Source of the DNA: Mobula hypostoma
Lineage: Eukaryota
NCBI RefSeq assembly: GCF_963921235.1
Contig: NC_086108.1
Span: 77,440,001-77,504,000, forward strand
Direction: 5' to 3'
DNA: 64,000 nt
The notes under the pieces are model-generated. The model saw nothing but the letters and a program-made list of their open reading frames with translations. It was not told the DNA's origin and made no database searches. A program made the translations under genes and the position numbers. The stretch's first letter is position 1; every line of letters begins with the position of its first letter. Below are positions 23,850 to 37,228 of this stretch, one piece after another.

Positions 23850-26800
23850 AGACCATAAGACCATAAGATAAAGGAGCAGAAGTCGGCCATTCGGACCATC
23901 GGGTCTGCTCTGCCATTTTATCATGAGCTGATCCATTCTCCCATTTAGTCCCACTCCCCCGCCTTCTCACCATAACCTTTGATGCCCTGGCTACTCAGAT
24001 ACCTATCAATCTCTGCCTTAAATACGCCCAATGACTTGGCCTCCATTGCTGCCCGTGGCAACAAATTCTATAGATTCACCACCCTCTGACCAAAAAATTT
24101 CTTCACATTTCTGTTCTGAATGGGCGCCCTTCAATCCTTAAGTCATGCCCTCTCGTGCTAAACTCCTCTATCATGGGAAACAACTTTGCCACATCCACTC
24201 TGTCCATGCCTTTCAACATTTGAAATTATTCTATGAGGTCTCCCCTCATTCTTCTAAACTCCAAGGAATACAGTCCAAGAGCGGACAAACGTTCCTCATA
24301 TGTTAACCCCCTCATTCCTGGAATCATTCTAGTGAGTCTTCTCTGTACCCTCTCCAACATCAGCACATCCTTTCTTAAGTAAGGAGACCAAAACTGCCCA
24401 CAGTACTCCAAGTGAGGTCTCACCAGCGCCTTATAGAGCCTCAACATCACATCCCTGCTCCTGTACTCTATTCCTCTAGAAATGAATGCCAACATTGCAT
24501 TCGCCTTCTTCACTACCGACTCAACCTGGAGGTTAACTTTAAGGGAATCCTGTACGAGGACTCCCAAGTCCCGTTGCATCTCAGAACTTTGAATTCTTTC
24601 CCCATTTAAATAATAGTCTGCCCGTTTATTTTTTCTGCCAAAGTGCATAACCATACACTTTCCAACATTGTACTTCATTTGCCAATTCTCTGCCCATTCT
24701 TCCAATCTATCCAAGTCTCTCTGCAGACTCTCCGTTTCCTCAGCACTACTGGCCCCTCCACCTATCTTCGTATCGTCAGCAAACTTAGCCACAAAGCCAT
24801 CTATTCCATAATCCAAATCGTTGATGTCCAATGTAAAAAGAAGCGGCCCCAACACGGACCCCTGTGGAACACCACTGGTAACCAGCAGCCAACCAGAATA
24901 GGATCCCTTTATTCCCACTCTCTGTTTCCTGCCAATCAGCCAACGCTCTATCCACGTATGTAACTTTCCCGTAATTCCATGGGCTCTTATCTTGTTAAGT
25001 AGCCTCATGTGTGGCACCTTGTCAAAGGCCTTCTGAAAATCCAAATATACAAAATCCTTGTCTAGCCTACTGGTAATTTCCTCAAAAAATTGTTATAGGT
25101 TTGTCAGGCACGATTTTCCTTTAAGGAATCCATGCTGAGTTCTGCCTATCGTCATATGCCTCCAGGTACTCTGTAACCTCATCCTTGACGATCGACTCCA
25201 ACAACTTTCCAACCACTGATGTCAAGCTAGCAGGTCTATAATTTCCTTTTTGCTTCCTTGCCCCCTTCTTAAATAGCGGAGTGACATTTGAAATCTTCCA
25301 GTCCTCCGGAACCATGCCAGAATCTATCGACTGTTGAAAGATCATCGCTAATGCCTCTGCAATCTCCACAGCTACTTTCTTCAGAACACGTGGGTGTATT
25401 CCATCTGATCTGGGAGATTTATCTACCTTTAGACTATTCAGCTTCCTGAGTACTTTCTCTGTCGTAATTGTGACTGCGCACACTTCTCTTCCCTGCCACC
25501 CTTGAGTGTCCGGTATATTGCTGATGTCTTCCTCAGTGAAGACTGATGCAAAATACTCATTCAGTTCCTTTGCCATCTCCTTATCTCCCATTACAATTTC
25601 TCCAGCATCATTTTCTATCAGTCCTATATCTACTCTCACCTGTCTTTTACTCTTTATATACTTGAAAAAGCTTTTAGTATCCTCTTTGATATTATTTGCT
25701 AGCTACCTTTCATAGTTAATATTTTCCCTCTTAATGACCTTTTTGTTTTCCTTTTGTAAGCTTTTAAAAACTTCCCAATCCTCTGTCTTCCCACTAATTT
25801 TTGCTTCCTTGTTTGCCCTCTCCTTTGCTTTAACTTTGGCTTTGACTTCTCTTGTCAACCACGGTTGCATCCTTTTTCCATTCGAAAATTTCTTCTTTTT
25901 TGGAATATACCTGTCTTGCACCTTCCTCATTTCTCGCATAAACTCCAGCCACTGCTGCTCTGCCGTCTTTCCCGCCAGTGTCCCTTTCCAGTCAACTTTG
26001 GCCAGTTCCTCTCTCATGCCACTGTAATTTCCTTTACTCCACTGAAATACCGACACATCAGATTTCGGCTTCTCTTTTTCAAATTTCACAGTGAACTCAA
26101 TCATGCTATGATCACTGCCTCCTAAGGGTTCCTTCACCTCAATCTCTCTAATCACCTCCGGTTCATTACACAATACCCAATCCAGTACAGCCGATCCCCT
26201 AGTGGGCTCAACAACAAGCTGTTCTAAAAAGCCATCTCGCAGACGTTCTACAAATTCTCTCTCTTGAGATCCAGTGCCGACCTGATTTTCCTAATCCACT
26301 CGCATGTTAAAATCCCCCACAGTTATCATAACACTGCCCTTCTGACAAGCCTTTTCTATTTCCTGTTGTAATTTGTAGTCCACATCCCTGCAGCTGTTTG
26401 GAGGCCTATAAATAACTGCCATCAGGGTCCTCTTACCCCTGTGATTTCTTAGCTCAACCCATAAAGATTCTGCACCTTCCGATCCTATATCACCTCTTTC
26501 TAATGATTTAATATCATTTCCTACCAATAAAGCCACACCTCCCCCTCTGCCTACCTTCCTATCCTTCCGATACACCGTGTATCCTTGGATGTTCAGCTCC
26601 CAGAGACATGCCTCCTTTAGCCAGGTCTCTGTGATGGCCACGATATCATACCTGCCAATCTGTAGCTGTACGACAAGATCCTCCACCTTATTCCTTATGC
26701 TGCGTGCATTTAAGTATAACACCTTAAGACCAGTATTTAGTACTTTTCGCTTTGATTTCACTGCAACTTTATTGCACTGTAACTCATCCCAATGGCCACA

Positions 26801-27576
26801 AATTTGCCCCATCACCTGCTTGTCTTTCCTGACATCTTTACTGCTCACTATCTTAGATTTATTTCTGTTTTCCCCTTCCTCTGCTCTGTCATTCTGGTTC
26901 CCATCCCCCTGCCAAATTAGTTTAAACCCTCCTTAACAGCTCTATTAAACTTTCCCGCCAGGATATTGGTCCCCTTCGGGTTCAGGTGTAACCTGTCCAT
27001 TTTGAACAGGTCATAATTCCCCCAGAAGAGATCCCAATTATCCAAGAATCTGAAGCCCTGCCCCCTACACCAGTCTCTCAGCCACGCATTCATCTGCCTG
27101 ATCCTACCATTCTTGCCCTCACTAGCACGTGGCACAGGTAGCGATCCCGAGATTACTACCCTGGAGGTCCTGCTTCTCAGCTTCCTTCCTAACTCCTGGA
27201 AATCTCTCATCAGGACCTCCTCCTTTGTCCTATCTATGTCATTGGTACCAACATGTACCAAGACAACTGCCTGCTCACCCTCCCCCTTCAGAATATTCTG
27301 GACCCGATCTGAGACATCCCGTACCCTGGCACCTGGGAGGCAACACGCCATGTGGGTATCTCTATCAAGCTCACAGAATCTCCTGTCCGTTCCCCTGACT
27401 ATGGAATCCCCTACGACTACCGCATTTCTCTTCTCCCTCCTTCTCTCCTGCGCAACAGCATCAGGCTCAGTGCCAGAGACCCGGTCACCGTGGGCATCCC
27501 CTGTGAGGTCATTCCCCTCAACAGCATCCAGAGCAAGATATTTGTTGCTGAGGGGGACAGCCACAGGTGTGCTCTC
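23850..27576 (-). mobile_element. Long CR1 LINE (3' part of ORF1 plus ORF2 EN-RT, disrupted)
   Basis: ORF1 esterase 26917-27564; endonuclease 26291-26848 (YLNARS, ITETWL, GGGVAL, YRPP, GDFN); RT 25121-25639 and 24226-25044; gaccataa tail. Confidence 0.95.
26917..27564 (-). pseudogene. CR1 ORF1 SGNH/GDSL esterase domain (5'-truncated)
   Basis: VVGDSIVRG, CLPGARV, HVGTND and DRLHL esterase blocks. Confidence 0.88.
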
Positions 27577-28476
27577 AAGCGGAACAGGTGCTACACATGC
27601 CCTTACACTTCCTCCCTCCCTACCATTCAGTCCCTTACACTTCCTCTCTCACCACCATTCAGGTCCTTACACTTCCTCCCTTACCACCCTTCAGGGCCCC
27701 AGACAGTCCTTCCAGGTGAGGCGGCACTTCACCTGTGAGTCGGCTGGGGTGATATACTGCGAACGGTGCTCCCGATGTGGCCTTTTATATATTGGCGAGA
27801 CCCTACGCAGACTGGGAGATCATTTCGCTGAACACCTACCCTCTGTCCGCCAGAGAAAGCAGGATCTTCCAGTGGTCACACATTTTAATTCCACATCCCA
27901 CTCCCATTCTGAGACATCTATCCAGGGCCTCCTTTACTGTAAAGATGAAGCCACACTCAGGTTGGAGGAACAACACCTTATATTCCGTCTGGGTAGCCTC
28001 CAACCTGGTGGCATGAACATTAACTTCTCAAACTTCCGCTGATGCCCCTCCTCCCCCTCGTACCCCATCCATTATTTATTTATATACACACATTCTTTTT
28101 CTCTCTCTCCTTTTTCTCCCTCTGTCCCCCTCACTATACCCCTTGCCCATCCTCTGGGCTTCCCCCCTCCCTCTTTTCTTTCTCCCTGGGCCTCCTGTCC
28201 CATGATCCTCTCATATCCCTTTTGCCACTCACCTGTCCAGCTCTTGGCTCCATCCCTCCCCCTCCTGTCTTCTCCTATCATTTTGGATCTCCCCCTCCCC
28301 CTCCCACTTTCAAACTTCTTATTAACTCTTCTTTCAGTTAGTCCTGACGAAGGGCCTCGGCCCGAAACATCGACTGTACCTCTTCCTAGAGATGCTGCCT
28401 GGGCTGCTGCGTTCACCAGCAACTTTTATGTGTGTTGCTTGAATTTCCAGCATCTGCAGATTTCCTCGTGTTTGCG
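27577..28476 (+). mobile_element. PLE direct arm: GIY-YIG endonuclease, 3' UTR and hammerhead (28340-28376, ACAU variant)
   Basis: VIYCERCSRCGLLYIGET...RLEEQHLIFRLGSLQPGGMN; full 3' tail. Confidence 0.92.
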
Positions 28477-28644
28477 GTTTTAAAATATCAATTGTCTCTT
28501 TTGATTGAAGACATTTTGAACATTCACATCTGTTGTATTTACAGATGTGTTGCTTCATGGTCTTCCCTTGTCAGTACACACTTGCTGTCAAATGAATTGT
28601 GTAGAGACACAGAAGAAAGTAGACTAATAAATGGCTACCCTACT

Positions 28645-29127
28645 TATGAGTGGTGATAGATAAGCTCGTGGCCTAAGGTAGAAGGCGTCGATTTTAGAAA
28701 ACCTAGCACATTTATTTTTTTCTACATTTACACACCTAGTCCAGTGGTCATGGAGCAAACGGATCCCTTCTTTGTAGAAGTCTGCGTCTCGGATCTCCAG
28801 AAGTGGTCCACAGCAGAGGTGATTGATAAGTCCGTGGCCTAAAGTAGACTATGATGACTTCAAACTTTCTGCATTATTACTCAAAGAGTTGAACTGCACA
28901 TGCATGTAACGAGAGCTGTATAACTCATCTCATTCTACCCTAGGCCACGAACTTATCAATCACCCCTGCTGTGGACGGCTTCTACAAAGAAGGGATCCAT
29001 ATGCTCCACGACCACTGGACTAAGTGTGTACATATAGGAGGGGACTATGTTGAAAAATAAATGTGCTAGGTTTTCTAAGATTGACTCCTTCTACCTTAGG
29101 CCACGAACTTATCAATCACCCCTCACA
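28645..29127. mobile_element. Mariner-type MITE with outer and inner TIR pairs
   Basis: TIR tgagtggtgatagataagctcgtggcctaaggtagaagg / ccttctaccttaggccacgaacttatcaatcacccctca; repeated internally at about 28815-28850 and 28932-28968. Confidence 0.8.
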
Positions 29128-29495
29128 TATGTGTATAATGCACTGCATATTCTGGAGACCAGACACAAAGCAATGCTAGTGGATGCATAGAATCAGCTAA
29201 ATGTGTCAAAGATTTCTCTCTGAGAGAGAACAAGAAGCGAAATGTCATGGTATAGAAAAAAAAATCTACAGCACATTACAGGCCCTTCAGCCCACAATGT
29301 TGTACCAACCATGTAACCTACTCTAGAAACTGCCTAGAATTTCCCTACTGCATTGCACTCTACTTTCCTAAGCTACATGTACCTATCTTAGAGTCTCTTA
29401 AAAGACCCTATTGTATCCACATGGAAATTTCAGTATCATCAGTTTATCTTTTATTTAATTGAGCTACTAATTTCCAATAATTCAGTCTTCTTCAG

Positions 29496-29860
29496 AGTGG
29501 TACAGTTGCACAATATGCTCTAGGTAGTGCAGTAATCTTTCAGCTGAGATGACCAGTGTTTGACCCTGACATCTAGTGGTGTGTGTATTATGCATGTTTT
29601 CATTGCACTTGTGAATGTCCCCTGGGTGTTCTGAGTTCCTTCTGTGTTCCAAAGGCAAAATGGCAGTTTGGGAGAATTGGTTACTGTAAATTATCCTTCA
29701 TGTAGGCGGCAAGTAGGAGAATATTACTAATACTGTGCAAGGTGGTAGTGAACATTCATGTTTAAGAGAATAAGGTATAGGGCAATAAGTGAAGGAACGG
29801 GATTGCTGGGATTGCTCTCAGACAGGGAGACTTGATTGGCTGAATATCCTCCTACATCAT
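29496..29860 (+). mobile_element. Degenerate tRNA-derived V-SINE
   Basis: Decayed A/B boxes and V-domain ctgggtgttctgagttccttctgtgttccaaag. Confidence 0.55.
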
Positions 29861-30892
29861 AAAGAAACAAGGGAAAAAGGGTACTGCCAAAAATGTATTA
29901 CTTTTATTGGAACTTTTGGAAACTGAAGGGTTAAAATGTTTATACCAAGCATAATATAGTGGAAATTTTGGAGCAAACTTTGAGGCAGTTTTGAAACCTG
30001 CTCATTGAGATTATAGCACTCCTTTAAAAAAAAGTTAATTATTTTAACCTTAGGCTTTAACCAACCCCACCAAAAATACAGAAGTTGCATAATAGTTAAC
30101 TGAATTAACCAAGAGCTTGAGTTGTGTACATAGACTATCTTCCTGGAAATTACCTTTTGTAGTTTTAAATAGGATCTGTAAGGGCAGGCTCTCCAGACCT
30201 TAGCTCCTCAAATCATTTGACAAACTCCCTGTTTCTACCTGCTTTTAATGTTTGTAATCAGCTTCATTACCACTGAAACAGTTTCTTGTATATTTGCCAA
30301 CCTTTGAACACTTCATGTCAGGAGATTTCTTCAAGTGCAGTGAGTTCATGCTGATATTATTTCTATAATACTGTAATTAAATTGCTTTTGATGTTTGCAG
30401 CAACATTCATGTAGCATTCCTTTGTGAAAATTAGAAGTTTCTATATGTATTTCATTTAATAAAATCATACTGGCTATAGGAAATAATCGTACACCTGCAT
30501 TAGTGGTGACAGATTTATGTTGGGAGTGGCTATAACAGTATATGAATATAGTGGATAGGATAAGGTTGAATATTCCATACTGCTTTTGCAATGTTTTTAC
30601 AATGTCTTATGGAAAGCATTTGCATTCTAATTATCTGCGTAAATTACATGGCTAGCCATGTCTTTCACTCTAATATGTGTCAATGTGATGCAGAAGTCAG
30701 CTTCAACAGCCAATCCAGTATAGAAATCAGAGGAGTTCTGCCTGATGTGCTATCAACAGCTATTTCTTGCCCTATGAAAGGGATACATTCCAGGAAAATA
30801 TTCTGTTAAGCAATATTTTGCAAACTGAGAAAGATGGCTGAAATCCAATGTGGTGAAATCCAATATTCTTCCACACAGAGAGCAGTTCATTA

Positions 30893-31263
30893 TACATCAA
30901 GGACATGACCCACCCAGCCAACACACTTTTCGCCCCTCTTCCCTCTGGGAGAAGGCTCAGGAACTTGAAGACTCGTACGGCCAGATTTGGGAACAGCTTC
31001 TTTCCGACTGTGATAAGGCTACTGAACAGATCCTGACCTAGATCTGGGCCGTACCCTCCAAATATCCGGACCTGCCTCTCGGTTTTTTTGCACTACCTTA
31101 CTTTCCATTTTTCCATTTTCTATTTATGATTTATAATTTAAATTTTTAGTATTTACTATCGATTTGTAATCCAGGGAGCGGGAAGCGCAGAATCAAATAT
31201 CGCTGTGATGATTGTACATTCTAGCATCAATTGTTTGGCGACAATAAAGTATAAAGTATAAAG
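30893..31263 (+). mobile_element. Young Rex/Babar 3' fragment
   Basis: Closely similar to 61125-61450; aataaagt ataaagt tail. Confidence 0.8.
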
Positions 31264-31319
31264 CGTTATAGCAAAAATCCCTAAGTCCAATATTTGCAGC
31301 ACAACTCTCTCTCTCTCTT

Positions 31320-31550
31320 AATGATGAGCAGGGAAATCATCTTTGTCCTGACGTATGCTTTCTCAACAATATCATTTAAACAAATTATCTGGATATTATC
31401 ATATTGATGGTCAAGGAAATTTGTTGGACACTAATTGTCTCTCTTTTCCCTTCAACAACAAATATAGTTCAACATGTTATATGTTTTCTGTAGAGCATTC
31501 CGTAACATTTTGAAAACAATGTGAAGAGTTCGATATAAAAACTAGCCTTT
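31320..31550 (+). mobile_element. Ancient DeuSINE (SacSINE1/AmnSINE1-like) remnant
   Basis: aaattatctggatattatcatattg...taattgtct resembles the Deu central domain. Confidence 0.45.
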
Positions 31551-32263
31551 CTTTTCTAGTCATTATATTCTAACTGGGAGGAGAGATAATAGGAAGTATT
31601 TGGTGCTGGGTTCCCTAATAATTTACGATCAAAATATGAGGCAGAGGAAGCTGAATGGTTTGAAGAAAACTTCATGTCTATCAAAATTAATAATCTCACT
31701 GCCCATTTTAGAGGTTGCCAGATTAATTGTATCACAAATACAGTACCCTATGGCATTAAAAGAACATGAATACATTTTCATTCTCAATCTGTAAGCATCT
31801 TGATTCGTTATTAAAAAGTGAACGTCAAACTTACTCCAACATCTTGGTGCAAAACCTACAAGGAGTCGAGCAGATTCACTCAGGAGTCTAACAGATGATC
31901 TAGAGATCAGGTCCTGGCCTTCTTGACAGGTTTCTATGATAACCTTTAGGAACATAATATCCGCTTTTCTCCATAGGGACCTGGTTGATACAAGTGGGTA
32001 TTGAGCAAGGACATTAACTGACACGTCTGGTTTGTCCATTGGTAGGATCTGTCACATTTGGTGTAGCTGTGGCTGAATAACTGGTGCATGCATGGCCCGT
32101 ATGAAATTGCTGATTAGTCCCAATGCCAAGCCCTCCAAAGATCAGTCCATTAATTTATTGGAAATAATCTGTTTGCATGGGGAAATAGGTGCAATTTTAT
32201 ATTTCTTCCAGAGGAACCAATAGCCTCTTCCCTGGATGTTTAGCTCTATTTACTGCACAGAGA

Positions 32264-32849
32264 TACCCTCAGTGGTTACTTTATTAGATAACTCCTGTAT
32301 TTAATAAAGAGGCCACTGAACATAAGTTTGAGATCTTCCAATGTAGTCCATCCACTTCTGGGTCAAAGGTTTGACACGTTGTGCACTCAGAGATACTCCT
32401 CTGCACACCACTGTGGTAATTCATGATTATTTGAGTAACTATCACCTTCCTGTCAGCTTGAGCAAGTTTGGCTACCAGGAAGGTGGCACTTTTTTCTTCT
32501 GACCTCTGTCATTAACAAGGAGTTTTCATCCACAGTACTGCTATTCACTGGATTTTTTTGCCCCATTTTCTGTAAACTCCACAGATTGTTGTGTGTGAAA
32601 ATACCAGGAGATCAGCTGTTTCCAAGATACTCAAACCATCCCGCCTAGTATCAGCAATTATTCCACGGTCAAATTCACTTACATCATCTTTCTTCCCCAT
32701 TATGATGTTTGGTCTGAACAACAACTGAACCCCCTGACCATGTCTGCATGCTTTTATGCATTGATTTGTGTCACATGATTGGCCAATTAGATATTTGTGT
32801 TAATGAGCACATGTATAGGTGTAGCTAATAAAGTGGCCACTCAGTGTCT
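32264..32849. mobile_element. Tc1-family MITE
   Basis: TIR ta-ccctcagtggttactttattag / ctaataaagtggccactcagtg. Confidence 0.75.
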
Positions 32850-35749
32850 ATTCCTAGTATAACCAGAGCTTACAAAGAATGGGATCCTCCCTAACATTCT
32901 AAATCTTACTGGAACAAGCTGAAGAAATTGGATCTTGGCACTTACGTGGCATGCTTATTGGGAAAGCACTGCACTGTGCCATCTAGTACAGTCTTTAAAT
33001 ACCCAAATCTAAATTCCAATTATTTTCCATGAAAATGGAATTCAAATCTTTTCCATGAAAATATCCCTCCAAAAAGTTACAATTCTTACTTCATTATGTC
33101 AGTTCAACACGTAAATTCAGCATTTTTTCTGAACTTGGATGCCAATAAAATGTAATTATTCAGTACTACCAGGATTGCTTCTCCATCTGCAGAATGACAA
33201 ACAATAACTAACGACTGTATATAACATGTGAATCATATTTCAGTAATTCATTTTGAATCATTAACTTTTAATCCCGTTTTATCATCTGGAATTTTCTTGT
33301 GTGTATTTTTTGCATTGAAAATCTTCCCTACCCCCGCCCAAAGCAAAATCTTAATTGGCTGGAATTTGCTGAATGAATAATACTGTGCAGATTTTCAAAA
33401 GCTACTGGCCAATTTGTGCTGTTTACTTTGTGAACAATCTTTCTGCAAGTGACATGCAGTTCAGGTATTTACATGATACTTGTTTATTAGGCTTGCCACA
33501 GAAAGTTAAATGGTAATTAATAATGTTAGCAACTTTTTAAATGATATAATGATTATTAATGATTGCCAATGAATTTCTCTGGCCTCAGAGGTGTTCAAAT
33601 GAAAGTCTGCAGTCTTATTTCTTCAGGTGCTAATTGGAGAGACTCGGCAGATGTCAAATTATAAATTGTTCCCTTTTTATCTTATTTCCCTGTGCTGCAT
33701 TTTCCCCTAATTAAATGTTTCATTTTATTTCTCTTTCGTTGCCAGATTTGACTTTTGAATTTATGCAGTCAAATTTATCTTTTGTATCAGTTCTTCCTCT
33801 ACTAGTTCCTCAATTCTTAAAGCTGATAGCGTCACTGTACACCAGTTTCTCTGCTATGCCATTATCAAATCGCCCTCGTAACAACATATAGAGTAGAACA
33901 ATGGAGATGAAGGATTCAGGTAAATATCTCACTCTCTGATTACACCCTGCCCTATCAAGCAAATGCAGCCTTAATGATCTCCTTTGAAAAAGAAATAGAA
34001 ATCATGGGCAGCTCATGTGTTGAAAAACATTTCACTGGGTGATTGGTCAGTATTTCTGACTATGTAGCAGATAACGATTTGTGCTCATTTTCAATAACAA
34101 GCATGTCTTACTGCGACTCTTGCGAAGAACGATTTCCCTAGCCTCAGTCATTCATGCTCTGTACTTTAAAGTGAGAACATTTGGCAGTTGCTGACATTTG
34201 TTTTGCATAAATGCTGATATGGTGCCACCCCTGAAAAATAGCGTCAGTTCAACAAGCGCACTGTACTAACAAACTTCCACTTTATTTTTTGGTTTGCAGT
34301 GCATTGTGAAGGAAGTTACTAGGTTTGGGAGTGGTGTGCAGTGCTTTACAGAAAATTTAGCACTTTCAAGGACTCTACAACTCATGGTCTCTATATTATT
34401 TATTTATTATTAGTATCTGGTGACATATACATACTTTGAACTTTGAAAGGCTCCAGGTGGGATAGCTCAGGTATATTTCAGGTGCACCAGTACAATGTAC
34501 GCCTTTCATAGACACAAGCTTTTCAAAGAGGATGGTTGCTGCAAATGAAGCAAAAGCCAAAGGGTTATGGCTGGATGCTTGGCTAGTGACTGTAAAGACT
34601 ATGGTGCCTCTAAATTTCTTGAATCTGGCCCATTCTAGGCAGCAGAGAGAGGGGTCAGATTTGTGTACATTACTGCATTTGGAAGACTACAAAAGCTCAT
34701 AGTTACAGAGAGGGAAAGTGGTCTATTTCTCCTTGGATAGAAAGCTCTTGTGTGATTGTTAGTGATAGCCAATCTAGTGAGTCCACGGGTTGTGGAATCA
34801 GTTCAGTGCTGAGGTGAGTGAAGTTATCCACGCTGGCTCTGGAGCCTGACGGTTGAAGAGCAATAACTGCTCCTGAACCTGGAACTCTACTGTACTGCCT
34901 GTCCTGCCATTGTGGCCTTGTCCTCTCTGTTATTCTGCCCAGAAGAAATTGCACTCTTCTCATGGTGCCCCATGGCAGATCCCAATTTATACTGGAAGCT
35001 TTACACTCTTTTATTGTTCAGGTGGTGTAAGGCTACACACTTAAAATCCCAGTGGTCTAAAGTACAAGCCTAGAGTGTTCTTATTCTGAGAATGTCCTTT
35101 ATCTCCTTGCTACAGTGTTTGTGGTCCTTCTGGGCCATGTGCTAGTTTTTGACTCCAGTTGAAGGTTTAACAACCAGAGGAGCACTACGGACCTACAATA
35201 AGGGCCAGACAGTGGCCAAGGTAGGGTGGAGGTCAGCACTGAGGTCCAGAAAGAAAGAGTTGGATGCACATACCAGTTTGGATTATATTTCAAAGACAAT
35301 CACTTGCTGTCTGCATCCTCCAACACCTAGCCCTTATGTACACACAGCCCTTGACCACCTTACACAGTGAAAATTGAGGTGGCGTGACAAAAGGCCTCTC
35401 TGGACCTGTTGTACTGCTTCATTTATAGGGAGGCATTACATCCCACATACCATAAGCTTGATCATTGTCTAAATGCTGGAACCTCAAACCTACTAATTTT
35501 GGCTCCACCTCTACTGTACCACAATTAAAACTGCCTTATGACAAAAATGTGCTCTACACAGGATTATTATCATATCAGACCAGGGTGTAGTCACCTTGTG
35601 GCAAGATAGGTAAATTTATAATAATTTCTGGAGGAGACTATGGCTAGTTTATCATTGCATTGGCATGGAACGCATTGATAGTTCATTGTGAGCAATGCAA
35701 TTTACTTACTGTGAGAATCAGCATTCAGCATTCATTTTGGGCTTTTCCT

Positions 35750-36085
35750 GATTTTAAGACCTCTTAAATAAGTTTTTTTTTGACAAAGGGTCACTATTAT
35801 ATTTATAAGAAACCAATATGTACACAGTAAGATCTCAAATAGGGTACAGCAATATGATAACAACCAGGTAATCTGTTTACAGATTTTGACTAAGAGAGAA
35901 ACATTGGCAAGGACTGCTTCGTTCGTCTTCAAAACGGTGTCATAAGATCTTTTACATTCACTTGAGAAAGGGAGAGACAGGTTTAATGTTTCTCCAAAAG
36001 GTGGCATCTATGATTGTTGTGCAACACCAGATTCTATACTCTACGATAATCTGACACCAGATTTTATACTCATGCTCAAGTACTG
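35750..36085 (-). mobile_element. Ancient DeuSINE remnant
   Basis: acagcaatatgataacaaccaggtaatctg and gatcttttacattcacttgaga...ggtttaatgtttctccaaaaggtggcatc resemble the reverse complement of the Deu domain. Confidence 0.55.
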
Positions 36086-36371
36086 AAAGAAAATTTTTTT
36101 TTTAAATAGATGGAGGCCTAGAAATTGTAGCAGCAAAGACATTTCATGCGTGGTACATTGCTGCAAAAAAAGAGTTTCGTTCAAATTCTATTGCACAGAA
36201 AACGTAGGTCATCATGTACACCACATTTAACACATCACCGTGCCTATCCACACATTTCCATGTATTGACATATCATCTGGGACTGAACTGCAAAGTTGTG
36301 AATTTCAAGAATATGGTAAGTCTCATGGCATATTCACCCATCAGATTTCTCAAGAGAGAAGAGCTGAACAA

Positions 36372-36990
36372 TTGGTATTGGTTTATTCTTGTCGCATACA
36401 TGAAGATACAATGAAAAGCTTGTCTTGCATACAGATCAAATCAGTGCATTGAGCTAGAATAAGGGGAAAAAAACAATAACAATGCAGAATAATGTGTAAA
36501 AGCAATTGAAAATGTGCAGTTCAGGTAAATGATAAAGTGCAAGATCATATCAAGTTAAATTGTGAGCTCAAGAGTGTCATACAAGAGATCTGTTCAAAAG
36601 CATGCTAACAGTAGGATAGAAGCTGTCCAGGTGGTATGTGGTTTCAGGTGTTTGTATCTTCTGCCCAATGGTGGAGGAGACTGTCCAGGATGGGTGGGGT
36701 CTTTGATTACGCTGGCTGCTTACAGAGGCAGCAAGGAGAATCCAGAGGCAGGGTCCATAAAGGGGAAGGTGGTTCCCATGATGTTCTGAGCTGTACCCAC
36801 AACACTCTGCAGTTTCTTGCAGTCACATGCTGAGCAGATGCCTTGCCAAGCCATTATGTATCTAGACAGAATGCTTTCAATGGCGCATCGATAAAAATTG
36901 GTAAGGACCAAATTTCTAGACTCCAGAGGAAGTAAAGGCATTGGTGAGCCTTCTTGGCCATGACATCAACGTGGTTGGACCAGGACAGGC
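36372..36990 (-). mobile_element. Old Rex/Babar 3' fragment
   Basis: ORF 36720-36941: LTNFYRCAIESILSRYIMAWQG..CKKLQSVV. Confidence 0.8.
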
Positions 36991-37228
36991 TACGTTAGAA
37001 TTTCTAGGTCAGTATCAGAAAAGTTTGAGCACATTCCTAAATATTGAAATAATAGTTATAGAGGTAAGAAAATGAAAATCAAGATTATCATAAAGCTTAT
37101 TGCACTCAATAGTTCAGATTACATTGATTGCTTTAGATGCAGCTTTACTTTGATAATTTGTAATTATCAATGGAGCATTTCAAATGAATCTCAACTTTCT
37201 AATATTTATCCTTTATGCTTTATAAACT

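Noticed and set aside
27113..28042. 309-aa ORF looking like a novel GIY-YIG fusion protein
   Set aside because: Chance read-through from antisense CR1 ORF1 into the PLE arm; the start is not ATG.
22610..28476. CR1 captured as Penelope cargo
   Set aside because: PLE plus-arm sequence is continuous across the CR1, which indicates later insertion.
31629..32039. 136-aa minus-strand ORF in unique sequence
   Set aside because: No recognisable homology or exon boundaries; compatible with chance.
34970..35530. Possible ancient L2 RT relic (FLDLSA on the minus strand)
   Set aside because: A single short motif; too degraded to support.
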